64,000 bases of DNA from the human T2T-CHM13v2.0 reference genome, Homo sapiens. Below the pieces are notes generated by a model, which saw nothing but the letters and a program-made list of their open reading frames with translations, was not told the origin of the DNA and did not search any database. Numbering within the stretch: the stretch's first letter is position 1; each line of letters opens with the position of its first letter. The stretch lies in the NCBI RefSeq assembly GCF_009914755.1, contig NC_060932.1; one strand, given 5' to 3'. Of the stretch, positions 25,501 to 39,700 are shown piece after piece. The position numbers were made by a program, and so were the translations under genes.

Positions 25501-28500
25501 ACTTTGCCATATTTCCATTCAAGTCACAGAGTGGAACATTCCCATTCATAGAGCAGGTTTGAAACACTCTTTTTGGAGTATCTGGAAGTGGACATTTGGA
25601 GCGCTTTCTGAACTATGGTGAAAAAGGAAATATCTTCCAATGAAAACAAGACAGAAGCATTCTGAGAAACTTATTTGTGATGTGTGTCCTCAACAAACGG
25701 ACTTGAACCTTTCGTTTCATGCAGTACTTCTGGAACACTCTTTTTGAAGATTCTGCATGCGGATATTTGGATAGCTTTGAGGATTTCGTTGGAAACGGGC
25801 TTACATGTAAAAATTAGACAGCAGCATTCTCAGAAACTTCTTTGTGGTGTCTGCATTCAAGTCACAGAATTGAACTTCCCCTCACATAGAGCAGTTGTGC
25901 AGCACTCTATTTGTAGTATCTGGAAGTGGACATTTGGAGGGCTTTGTAGCCTATCTGGAAAAAGGAAATATCTTCCCATGAATGCGAGATAGAAGTAATC
26001 TCAGAAACATGTTTATGCTGTATCTACTCAACTAACTGTGCTGAACATTTCTATTGATAGAGCAGTTTTGAGACACTCTTCTTTTGGAATCTGCAAGTGG
26101 ATATTTGGATAGATTTGAGGATTTCGTTGGAAACGGGATTATATATAAAAAGTAGACAGCAGCATTCTCAGAAACTTCTTTGTGATGTTTGCATCCAGCT
26201 CTCAGAGTTGAACATTCCCTTTCATAGAGTAGGTTTGAAACCCTCTTTTTATAGTGTCTGCAAGCGGGCATTTGGAGCGCTTTCAGGCCTATGCTTAAAA
26301 TAGGAAATATCTACCTACAGAAACTAGACAGAAGCATTCTGAGAATCACGTTTGTGATGTGGGTACTCAACTAACAGTGTTGATCCATTCTTTTGATACA
26401 GCAGTTTTGAACCACACTTTTTGTAGAATCTGCAAGAGGATATTTGGATAGCTGTGAGGATTTCGTTGGAAACGGGAATGTCTTCAAAGAAAATCTAGAC
26501 AGAAGCATTCTCAGAAACACCTTCGTGATGTTTGCAATCAAGTCACAGAGTTGAACCTTCCGTTTCATAGAGCAGGTTGGAAACACTCTTATTGTAGTAT
26601 CTGGAAGTGGACATTTGGAGCGCTTTCAGGCCTATGGTGAAAAAGGAAATATCTTCCCATAAAAACGACATAGAAGCTATCTCAGGAACTTGTTTATGAT
26701 GCATCTAATCAACTAACAGTGTTGAACCTTTGTACTGACAGAGCAGTTTGAAACACTCTTTTTTTGGAATCTGCAAGTGGATATTTGGATCGCTTTGAGG
26801 ATTTCGTTGGAAACGGGATGCAATATAAAACGTACACAGCAGCATAGTCAGAAAATACTTTGCCATATTTCCATTCAAGTCACAGAGTGGAACATTCCCA
26901 TTCATAGAGCAGGTTGGAAACACTCTTTTTGGAGTATCTGGAAGTGGACATTTGGAGCGCTTTCTGAACTATGGTGAAAAAGGAAATATCTTCCAATGAA
27001 AACAAGACAGAAGCATTCTGAGAAACTTATTTGTGATGTGTGTCCTCAACAAACGGACTTGAACCTTTCGTTTCATGCAGTACTTCTGGAACACTCTTTT
27101 TGAAGATTCTGCATGCGGATATTTGGATAGCTTTGAGGATTTCGTTGGAAACGGGCTTACATGTAAAAATTAGACAGCAGCATTCTCAGAAACTTCTTTG
27201 TGGTGTCTGCATTCAAGTCACAGAATTGAACTTCCCCTCACATAGAGCAGTTGTGCAGCACTCTATTTGTAGTATCTGGAAGTGGACATTTGGAGGGCTT
27301 TGTAGCCTATCTGGAAAAAGGAAATATCTTCCCATGAATGCGAGATAGAAGTAATCTCAGAAACATGTTTATGCTGTATCTACTCAACTAACTGTGCTGA
27401 ACATTTCTATTGATAGAGCAGTTTTGAGACACTCTTCTTTTGGAATCTGCAAGTGGATATTTGGATAGATTTGAGGATTTCGTTGGAAACGGGATTATAT
27501 ATCAAAAGTAGACAGCAGCATTCTCAGAAACTTCTTTGTGATGTTTGCATCCAGCTCTCAGAGTTGAACATTCCCTTTCATAGAGTAGGTTTGAAACCCT
27601 CTTTTTATAGTGTCTGGAAGTGGTCATTTGGAGCGCTTTCAGGCCTATGCTGAAAAAGGAAATATCTACCTATAGAAACTAGACAGAAGCATTCTGAGAA
27701 TCACGTTTGTGATGTGGGTACTCAACTAACAGTGTTGATCCATTCTTTTGATACAGCAGTTTTGAACCACACTTTTTGTAGAATCTGCAAGTGGATATTT
27801 GGATAGCTGTGAGGATTTCGTTGGAAACGGGAATGTCTTCATAGAAAATTTAGACAGAAGCATTCTCAGAACCTTGATTGTGATGTGTGTTCTCCACTAA
27901 CAGAGTTGAACCTTTCTTTTGACAGAACTGTTCTGAAACATTCTTTTTATAGAATCTGGAAGTGGATATTTGGAAAGCTTTGAGGATTTCATTGGAAACG
28001 GGAATATCTTCAAATCAAATCTAGCCAGAAGCATTCTAAGAAACATCTTAGGGATGTTTACATTCAAGTCACAGAGTTGAACATTCCCTTTCACAGAGCA
28101 GGTTTGAAACAATCTTCTCGTACTATCTGGCAGTGGACATTTTGAGCTCCTTTGGGCTTATGGTGAAAAAGGAAATATCTTCCGACAAAAACTAGACAGA
28201 AGCATTCGCAGAATCACGTTTGTGATGTGTGCACTCAACTGTCAGAATTGAACCTTGGTTTGGACAGAGCACTTTTGAAACACTCTTTTTGTAGAATCTG
28301 CAGGTGGATATTTGGCTAGCTCTGAGGATTTCGTTGGAAACGGTAATGTCTTCAAAGAAAATCTAGACAGAAGCATTCTCAGAAACACCTTCGTGATGTT
28401 TGCAATCAAGTCACAGAGTTGAACCTTCCGTTTCATAGAGCAGGTTGGAAACACTCTTTTTGTAGTATCTGGAAGTGGACATTTGGAGCGCTTTCAGGCC

Positions 28501-31500
28501 TATGGTGAAAAAGGAAATATCTTCCCATAAAAACGACATAGAAGCTATCTCAGGAACTTGTTTATGATGCATCTAATCAACTAACAGTGTTGAACCTTTG
28601 TACTGACAGAGCAGTTTGAAACACTCTTTTTTTGGAATCTGCAAGTGGATATTTGGATCGCTTTGAGGATTTCGTTGGAAACGGGATGCAATATAAAACG
28701 TACACAGCAGCATACTCAGAAAATACTTTGCCATATTTCCATTCAAGTCACAGAGTGGAACATTCCCATTCATAGAGCAGGTTGGAAACACTCTTTTTGG
28801 AGTATCTGGAAGTGGACATTTGGAGCGCTTTCTGAACTATGGTGAAAAAGGAAATATCTTCCAATGAAAACAAGACAGAAGCATTCTGAGAAACTTATTT
28901 GTGATGTGTGTCCTCAACAAACGGACTTGAACCTTTCGTTTCATGCAGTACTTCTGGAACACTCTTTTTGAAGATTCTGCATGCGGATATTTGGATAGCT
29001 TTGAGGATTTCGTTGGAAACGGGCTTACATGTAAAAATTAGACAGCAGCATTCTCAGAAACTTCTTTGTGGTGTCTGCATTCAAGTCACAGAATTGAACT
29101 TCCCCTCACATAGAGCAGTTGTGCAGCACTCTATTTGTAGTATCTCGAAGTGGACATTTGGAGGGCTTTGTAGCCTATCTGGAAAAAGGAAATATCTTCC
29201 CATGAATGCGAGATAGAAGTAATCTCAGAAACATGTTTATGCTGTATCTACTCAACTAACTGTGCTGAACATTTCTATTGATAGAGCAGTTTTGAGACAC
29301 TCTTCTTTTGGAATCCGCAAGTGGATATTTGGAGAGATTTGAGGATTTCGTTGGAAACGGGATTATATATAAAAGGTAGACAGCAGCATTCTCAGAAACT
29401 TCTTTGTGATGTTTGCATCCAGCTCTCAGAGTTGAACATTCCCTTTCATAGAGTAGGTTTGAAACCCTCTTTTTATAGTGTCTGCAAGCGGGCATTTGGA
29501 GCGCTTTCAGGCCTATGCTTAAAATAGGAAATATCTACCTACAGAAACTAGACAGAAGCATTCTGAGAATCACGTTTGTGATGTGGGTACTCAACTAACA
29601 GTGTTGATCCATTCTTTTGATACAGCAGTTTTGAACCACACTTTTTGTAGAATCTGCAAGAGGATATTTGGATAGCTGTGAGGATTTCGTTGGAAACGGG
29701 AATGTCTTCAAAGAAAATCTAGACAGAAGCATTCTCAGAAACACCTTCGTGATGTTTGCAATCAAGTCACAGAGTTGAACCTTCCGTTTCATAGAGCAGG
29801 TTGGAAACACTCTTATTGTAGTATCTGGAAGTGGACATTTGAGCGCTTTCAGGCCTATGGTGAAAAAGGAAATATCTTCCCATAAAAACGACATAGAAGC
29901 TATCTCAGGAACTTGTTTATGATGCATCTAATCAACTAACAGTGTTGAACCTTTGTACTGACAGAGCAGTTTGAAACACTCTTTTTTTGGAATCTGCAAG
30001 TGGATATTTGGATCGCTTTGAGGATTTCGTTGGAAACGGGATGCAATATAAAACGTACACAGCAGCATACTCAGAAAATACTTTGCCATATTTCCATTCA
30101 AGTCACAGAGTGGAACATTCCCATTCATAGAGCAGGTTTGAAACACTCTTTTTGGAGTATCTGGAAGTGGACATTTGGAGCGCTTTCTGAACTATGGTGA
30201 AAAAGGAAATATCTTCCAATGAAAACAAGACAGAAGCATTCTGAGAAACTTATTTGTGATGTGTGTCCTCAACAAACGGACTTGAACCTTTCGTTTCATG
30301 CAGTACTTCTGGAACACTCTTTTTGAAGATTCTGCATGCGGATATTTGGATAGCTTTGAGGATTTCGTTGGAAACGGGCTTACATGTAAAAATTAGACAG
30401 CAGCATTCTCAGAAACTTCTTTGTGGTGTCTGCATTCAAGTCACAGAATTGAACTTCCCCTCACATAGAGCAGTTGTGCAGCACTCTATTTGTAGTATCT
30501 GGAAGTGGACATTTGGAGGGCTTTGTAGCCTATCTGGAAAAAGGAAATATCTTCCCATGAATGCGAGATAGAAGTAATCTCAGAAACATGTTTATGCTGT
30601 ATCTACTCAACTAACTGTGCTGAACATTTCTATTGATAGAGCAGTTTTGAGACACTCTTATTTTGGAATCTGCAAGTGGATATTTGGATAGATTTGAGGA
30701 TTTCGTTGGAAACGGGATTATATATCAAAAGTAGACAGCAGCATTCTCAGAAACTTCTTTGTGATGTTTGCATCCAGCTCTCAGAGTTGAACATTCCCTT
30801 TCATAGAGTAGGTTTGAAACCCTCTTTTTATAGTGTCTGGAAGCGGGCATTTGGAGCGCTTTCAGGCCTATGCTTAAAATAGGAAATATCTACCTACAGA
30901 AACTAGACAGAAGCATTCTGAGAATCACGTTTGTGATGTGGGTACTCAACTAACAGTGTTGATCCATTCTTTTGATACAGCAGTTTTGAACCACACTTTT
31001 TGTAGAATCTGCAAGAGGATATTTGGATAGCTGTGAGGATTTCGTTGGAAACGGGAATGTCTTCAAAGAAAATCTAGACAGAAGCATTCTCAGAAACACC
31101 TTCGTGATGTTTGCAATCAAGTCACAGAGTTGAACCTTCCGTTTCATAGAGCAGGTTGGAAACACTCTTATTGTAGTATCTGGAAGTGGACATTTGGAGC
31201 GCTTTCAGGCCTATGGTGAAAAAGGAAATATCTTCCCATAAAAACGACATAGAAGCTATCTCAGGAACTTGTTTATGATGCATCTAATCAACTAACAGTG
31301 TTGAACCTTTGTACTGACAGAGCAGTTTGAAACACTCTTTTTTTGGAATCTGCAAGTGGATATTTGGATCGCTTTGAGGATTTCGTTGGAAACGGGATGC
31401 AATATAAAACGTACACAGCAGCATACTCAGAAAATACTTTGCCATATTTCCATTCAAGTCACAGAGTGGAACATTCCCATTCATAGAGCAGGTTTGAAAC

Positions 31501-33769
31501 ACTCTTTTTGGAGTATCTGGAAGTGGACATTTGGAGCGCTTTCTGAACTATGGTGAAAAAGGAAATATCTTCCAATGAAAACAAGACAGAAGCATTCTGA
31601 GAAACTTATTTGTGATGTGTGTCCTCAACAAACGGACTTGAACCTTTCGTTTCATGCAGTACTTCTGGAACACTCTTTTTGAAGATTCTGCATGCGGATA
31701 TTTGGATAGCTTTGAGGATTTCGTTGGAAACGGGCTTACATGTAAAAATTAGACAGCAGCATTCTCAGAAACTTCTTTGTGGTGTCTGCATTCAAGTCAC
31801 AGAATTGAACTTCCCCTCACATAGAGCAGTTGTGCAGCACTCTATTTGTAGTATCTGGAAGTGGACATTTGGAGGGCTTTGTAGCCTATCTGGAAAAAGG
31901 AAATATCTTCCCATGAATGCGAGATAGAAGTAATCTCAGAAACATGTTTATGCTGTATCTACTCAACTAACTGTGCTGAACATTTCTATTGATAGAGCAG
32001 TTTTGAGACACTCTTCTTTTGGAATCTGCAAGTGGATATTTGGATAGATTTGAGGATTTCGTTGGAAACGGGATTATATATCAAAAGTAGACAGCAGCAT
32101 TCTCAGAAACTTCTTTGTGATGTTTGCATCCAGCTCTCAGAGTTGAACATTCCCTTTCATAGAGTAGGTTTGAAACCCTCTTTTTATAGTGTCTGGAAGT
32201 GGTCATTTGGAGCGCTTTCAGGCCTATGCTGAAAAAGGAAATATCTACCTATAGAAACTAGACAGAAGCATTCTGAGAATCACGTTTGTGATGTGGGTAC
32301 TCAACTAACAGTGTTGATCCATTCTTTTGATACAGCAGTTTTGAACCACACTTTTTGTAGAATCTGCAAGTGGATATTTGGATAGCTGTGAGGATTTCGT
32401 TGGAAACGGGAATGTCTTCATAGAAAATTTAGACAGAAGCATTCTCAGAACCTTGATTGTGATGTGTGTTCTCCACTAACAGAGTTGAACCTTTCTTTTG
32501 ACAGAACTGTTCTGAAACATTCTTTTTATAGAATCTGGAAGTGGATATTTGGAAAGCTTTGAGGATTTCATTGGAAACGGGAATATCTTCAAATCAAATC
32601 TAGCCAGAAGCATTCTAAGAAACATCTTAGGGATGTTTACATTCAAGTCACAGAGTTGAACATTCCCTTTCACAGAGCAGGTTTGAAACAATCTTCTCGT
32701 ACTATCTGGCAGTGGACATTTTGAGCTCCTTTGGGCCTATGGTGAAAAAGGAAATATCTTCCGACAAAAACTAGACAGAAGCATTCGCAGAATCACGTTT
32801 GTGATGTGTGCACTCAACTGTCAGAATTGAACCTTGGTTTGGACAGAGCACTTTTGAAACACTCTTTTTGTAGAATCTGCAGGTGGATATTTGGCTAGCT
32901 CTGAGGATTTCGTTGGAAACGGTAATGTCTTCAAAGAAAATCTAGACAGAAGCATTCTCAGAAACACCTTCGTGATGTTTGCAATCAAGTCACAGAGTTG
33001 AACCTTCCGTTTCATAGAGCAGGTTGGAAACACTCTTTTTGTAGTATCTGGAAGTGGACATTTGGAGCGCTTTCAGGCCTATGGTGAAAAAGGAAATATC
33101 TTCCCATAAAAACGACATAGAAGCTATCTCAGGAACTTGTTTATGATGCATCTAATCAACTAACAGTGTTGAACCTTTGTACTGACAGAGCAGTTTGAAA
33201 CACTCTTTTTTTGGAATCTGCAAGTGGATATTTGGATCGCTTTGAGGATTTCGTTGGAAACGGGATGCAATATAAAACGTACACAGCAGCATACTCAGAA
33301 AATACTTTGCCATATTTCCATTCAAGTCACAGAGTGGAACATTCCCATTCATAGAGCAGGTTGGAAACACTCTTTTTGGAGTATCTGGAAGTGGACATTT
33401 GGAGCGCTTTCTGAACTATGGTGAAAAAGGAAATATCTTCCAATGAAAACAAGACAGAAGCATTCTGAGAAACTTATTTGTGATGTGTGTCCTCAACAAA
33501 CGGACTTGAACCTTTCGTTTCATGCAGTACTTCTGGAACACTCTTTTTGAAGATTCTGCATGCGGATATTTGGATAGCTTTGAGGATTTCGTTGGAAACG
33601 GGCTTACATGTAAAAATTAGACAGCAGCATTCTCAGAAACTTCTTTGTGGTGTCTGCATTCAAGTCACAGAATTGAACATCCCCTCACATAGAGCAGTTG
33701 TGCAGCACTCTATTTGTAGTATCTCGAAGTGGACATTTGGAGGGCTTTGTAGCCTATCTGGAAAAAGGA
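19520..33769 (+). repeat. Block of 11- and 8-mers only (11-8-11-8-8-11-8-8-11)
   Basis: Marker spacings are 1868, 1356, 1868, 1355, 1356, 1868, 1355, 1356, 1868. Confidence 0.93.
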
Positions 33770-36700
33770 AATATCTTCCCATGAATGCGAGATAGAAGTA
33801 ATCTCAGAAACATGTTTATGCTGTATCTACTCAACTAACTGTGCTGAACATTTCTATTGATAGAGCAGTTTTGAGACACTCTTCTTTTGGAATCTGCAAG
33901 TGGATATTTGGATAGATTTGAGGATTTCGTTGGAAACGGGATTATATATAAAAAGTAGACAGCAGCATTCTCAGAAACTTCTTTGTGATGTTTGCATCCA
34001 GCTCTCAGAGTTGAACATTCCCTTTCATAGAGTAGGTTTGAAACCCTCTTTTTATAGTGTCTGGAAGCGGGCATTTGGAGCGCTTTCAGGCCTATGCTGA
34101 AAAAGGAAATATCTACCTATAGAAACTAGACAGAAGCATTCTGAGAATCACGTTTGTGATGTGGGTACTCAACTAACAGTGTTGATCCATTCTTTTGATA
34201 CAGCAGTTTTGAACCACACTTTTTGTAGAATCTGCAAGTGGATATTTGGATAGCTGTGAGGATTTCGTTGGAAACGGGAATGTCTTCATAGAAAATTTAG
34301 ACAGAAGCATTCTCAGAACCTTGATTGTGATGTGTGTTCTCCACTAACAGAGTTGAACCTTTCTTTTGACAGAACTGTTCTGAAACATTCTTTTTATAGA
34401 ATCTGGAAGTGGATATTTGGAAAGCTTTGAGGATTTCGTTGGAAACGGGAATATCTTCAAATAAAATCTAGCCAGAAGCATTCTAAGAAACATCTTAGGG
34501 ATGTTTACATTCAAGTCACAGAGTTGAACATTCCCTTTCACAGAGCAGGTTTGAAACAATCTTCTCGTACTATCTGGCAGTGGACATTTTGAGCTCCTTG
34601 GGGCCTATGCTGAAAAAGGAAATATCTTCCGACAAAAACTAGACAGAAGCATTCGCAGAATCACGTTTGTGATGTGTGCACTCAACTGTCAGAATTGAAC
34701 CTTGGTTTGGACAGAGCACTTTTGAAACACTCTTTTTGTAGAATCTGCAGGTGGATATTTGGCTAGCTTTGAGGATTTCGTTGGAAACGGTAATGTCTTC
34801 AAAGAAAATCTAGACAGAAGCATTCTCAGAAACACCTTCGTGATGTTTGCAATCAAGTCACAGAGTTGAACCTTCCGTTTCATAGAGCAGGTTGGAAACA
34901 CTCTTTTTGTAGTATCTGGAAGTGGACATTTGGAGGGCTTTGTAGCCTATCTGGAAAAAGGAAATATCTTCCCATGAATGCGAGATAGAAGTAATCTCAG
35001 AAACATGTTTATGCTGTATCTACTCAACTAACTGTGCTGAACATTTCTATTGATAGAGCAGTTTTGAGACACTCTTCTTTTGGAATCTGCAAGTGGATAT
35101 TTGGATAGATTTGAGGATTTCGTTGGAAACGGGATTATATATAAAAAGTAGACAGCAGCATTCTCAGAAACTTCTTTGTGATGTTTGCATCCAGCTCTCA
35201 GAGTTGAACATTCCCTTTCATAGAGTAGGTTTGAAACCCTCTTTTTATAGTGTCTGGAAGCAGGCATTTGGAGCGCTTTCAGGCCTATGCTTAAAAAAGG
35301 AAATATCTACCTACAGAAACTAGACAGAAGCATTCTGAGAATCACGTTTGTGATGTGGGTACTCAACTAACAGTGTTGATCCATTCTTTTGATACAGCAG
35401 TTTTGAACCACACTTTTTGTAGAATCTGCAAGAGGATATTTGGATAGCTGTGAGGATTTCGTTGGAAACGGGAATGTCTTCAAAGAAAATCTAGACAGAA
35501 GCATTCTCAGAAACACCTTCGTGATGTTTGCAATCAAGTCACAGAGTTGAACCTTCCGTTTCATAGAGCAGGTTGGAAACACTCTTATTGTAGTATCTGG
35601 AAGTGGACATTTGGAGCGCTTTCAGGCCTATGGTGAAAAAGGAAATATCTTCCCATAAAAACGACATAGAAGCTATCTCAGGAACTTGTTTATGATGCAT
35701 CTAATCAACTAACAGTGTTGAACCTTTGTACTGACAGAGCAGTTTGAAACACTCTTTTTTTGGAATCTGCAAGTGGATATTTGGATCGCTTTGAGGATTT
35801 CGTTGGAAACGGGATGCAATATAAAACGTACACAGCAGCATACTCAGAAAATACTTTGCCATATTTCCATTCAAGTCACAGAGTGGAACATTCCCATTCA
35901 TAGCGCAGGTTGGAAACACTCTTTTTGGAGTATCTGGAAGTGGACATTTGGAGCGCTTTCTGAACTATGGTGAAAAAGGAAATATCTTCCAATGAAAACA
36001 AGACAGAAGCATTCTGAGAAACTTATTTGTGATGTGTGTCCTCAACAAACGGACTTGAACCTTTCGTTTCATGCAGTACTTCTGGAACACTCTTTTTGAA
36101 GATTCTGCATGCGGATATTTGGATTGCTTTGAGGATTTCGTTGGAAACGGGCTTACATGTAAAAATTAGACAGCAGCATTCTCAGAAACTTCTTTGTGGT
36201 GTCTGCATTCAAGTCACAGAATTGAACTTCCCCTCACATAGAGCAGTTGTGCAGCACTCTATTTGTAGTATCTGGAAGTGGACATTCGGAGGGCTTTGTA
36301 GCCTATCTGGAAAAAGGAAATATCTTCCCATGAATGCGAGATAGAAGTAATCTCAGAAACATGTTTATGCTGTATCTACTCAACTAACTTTGCTGAACAT
36401 TTCTATTGATAGAGCAGTTTTGAGACACTCTTCTTTTGGAATCTGCAAGTGGATATTTGGATAGATTTGAGGATTTCGTTGGAAACGGGATTATATATCA
36501 AAAGTAGACAGCAGCATTCTCAGAAACTTCTTTGTGATGTTTGCATCCAGCTCTCAGAGTTGAACATTCCCTTTCATAGAGTAGGTTTGAAACCCTCTTT
36601 TTATAGTGTCTGGAAGCGGGCATTTGGAGCGCTTTCAGGCCTATGCTGAAAAAGGAAATATCTACCTATAGAAACTAGACAGAAGCATTCTGAGAATCAC

Positions 36701-39700
36701 GTTTGTGATGTGGGTACTCAACTAACAGTGTTGATCCATTCTTTTGATACAGCAGTTTTGAACCACACTTTTTGTAGAATCTGCAAGTGGATATTTGGAT
36801 AGCTGTGAGGATTTCGTTGGAAACGGGAATGTCTTCATAGAAAATTTAGACAGAAGCATTCTCAGAACCTTGATTGTGATGTGTGTTCTCCACTAACAGA
36901 GTTGAACCTTTCTTTTGACAGAACTGTTCTGAAACATTCTTTTTATAGAATCTGGAAGTGGATATTTGGAAAGCTTTGAGGATTTCATTGGAAACGGGAA
37001 TATCTTCAAATCAAATCTAGCCAGAAGCATTCTAAGAAACATCTTAGGGATGTTTACATTCAAGTCACAGAGTTGAACATTCCCTTTCACAGAGCAGGTT
37101 TGAAACAATCTTCTCGTACTATCTGGCAGTGGACATTTTGAGCTCCTTTGGGCCTATGGTGAAAAAGGAAATATCTTCCGACAAAAACTAGACAGAAGCA
37201 TTCGCAGAATCACGTTTGTGATGTGTGCACTCAACTGTCAGAATTGAACCTTGGTTTGGACAGAGCACTTTTGAAACACTCTTTTTGTAGAATCTGCAGG
37301 TGGATATTTGGCTAGCTCTGAGGATTTCGTTGGAAACGGTAATGTCTTCAAAGAAAATCTAGACAGAAGCATTCTCAGAAACACCTTCGTGATGTTTGCA
37401 ATCAAGTCACAGAGTTGAACCTTCCGTTTCATAGAGCAGGTTGGAAACACTCTTTTTGTAGTATCTGGAAGTGGACATTTGGAGGGCTTTGTAGCCTATC
37501 TGGAAAAAGGAAATATCTTCCCATGAATGCGAGATAGAAGTAATCTCAGAAACATGTTTATGCTGTATCTACTCAACTAACTGTGCTGAACATTTCTATT
37601 GATAGAGCAGTTTTGAGACACTCTTCTTTTGGAATCTGCAAGTGGATATTTGGATAGATTTGAGGATTTCGTTGGAAACGGGATTATATATAAAAAGTAG
37701 ACAGCAGCATTCTCAGAAACTTCTTTGTGATGTTTGCATCCAGCTCTCAGAGTTGAACATTCCCTTTCATAGAGTAGGTTTGAAACCCTCTTTTTATAGT
37801 GTCTGGAAGCGGGCATTTGGAGCGCTTTCAGGCCTATGCTTAAAATAGGAAATATCTACCTACAGAAACTAGACAGAAGCATTCTGAGAATCACGTTTGT
37901 GATGTGGGTACTCAACTAACAGTGTTGATCCATTCTTTTGATACAGCAGTTTTGAACCACACTTTTTGTAGAATCTGCAAGAGGATATTTGGATAGCTGT
38001 GAGGATTTCGTTGGAAACGGGAATGTCTTCAAAGAAAATCTAGACAGAAGCATTCTCAGAAACACCTTCGTGATGTTTGCAATCAAGTCACAGAGTTGAA
38101 CCTTCCGTTTCATAGAGCAGGTTGGAAACACTCTTATTGTAGTATCTGGAAGTGGACATTTGGAGCGCTTTCAGGCCTATGGTGAAAAAGGAAATATCTT
38201 CCCATAAAAACGACATAGAAGCTATCTCAGGAACTTGTTTATGATGCATCTAATCAACTAACAGTGTTGAACCTTTGTACTGACAGAGCAGTTTGAAACA
38301 CTCTTTTTTTGGAATCTGCAAGTGGATATTTGGATCGCTTTGAGGATTTCGTTGGAAACGGGATGCAATATAAAACGTACACAGCAGCATACTCAGAAAA
38401 TACTTTGCCATATTTCCATTCAAGTCACAGAGTGGAACATTCCCATTCATAGAGCAGGTTGGAAACACTCTTTTTGGAGTATCTGGAAGTGGACATTTGG
38501 AGCGCTTTCTGAACTATGGTGAAAAAGGAAATATCTTCCAATGAAAACAAGACAGAAGCATTCTGAGAAACTTATTTGTGATGTGTGTCCTCAACAAACG
38601 GACTTGAACCTTTCGTTTCATGCAGTACTTCTGGAACACTCTTTTTGAAGATTCTGCATGCGGATATTTGGATAGCTTTGAGGATTTCGTTGGAAACGGG
38701 CTTACATGTAAAAATTAGACAGCAGAATTCTCAGAAACTTCTTTGTGGTGTCTGCATTCAAGTCACAGAATTGAACTTCCCCTCATATAGAGCAGTTGTG
38801 CTGCACTCTATTTGTAGTATCTGGAAGTGGACATTTGGAGGGCTTTGTAGCCTATCTGGAAAAAGGAAATATCTTCCCATGAATGCGAGATAGAAGTAAT
38901 CTCAGAAACATGTTTATGCTGTATCTACTCAACTAACTGTGCTGAACATTTCTATTGATAGAGCAGTTTTGAGACACTCTTCTTTTGGAATCTGCAAGTG
39001 GATATTTGGATAGATTTGAGGATTTCGTTGGAAACGGGATTATATATAAAAAGTAGACAGCAGCATTCTCAGAAACTTCTTTGTGATGTTTGCATCCAGC
39101 TCTCAGAGTTGAACATTCCCTTTCATAGAGTAGGTTTGAAACCCTCTTTTTATAGTGTCTGGAAGCGGGCATTTGGAGCGCTTTCAGGCCTATGCTTAAA
39201 ATAGGAAATATCTACCTACAGAAACTAGACAGAAGCATTCTGAGAATCACGTTTGTGATGTGGGTACTCAACTAACAGTGTTGATCCATTCTTTTGATAC
39301 AGCAGTTTTGAACCACACTTTTTGTAGAATCTGCAAGAGGATATTTGGATAGCTGTGAGGATTTCGTTGGAAACGGGAATGTCTTCAAAGAAAATCTAGA
39401 CAGAAGCATTCTCAGAAACACCTTCGTGATGTTTGCAATCAAGTCACAGAGTTGAACCTTCCGTTTCATAGAGCAGGTTGGAAACACTCTTATTGTAGTA
39501 TCTGGAAGTGGACATTTGGAGCGCTTTCAGGCCTATGGTGAAAAAGGAAATATCTTCCCATAAAAACGACATAGAAGCTATCTCAGGAACTTGTTTGTGA
39601 TGCATCTAATCAACTAACAGTGTTGAACCTTTGTACTGACAGAGCAGTTTGAAACACTCTTTTTTTGGAATCTGCAAGTGGATATTTGGATCGCTTTGAG

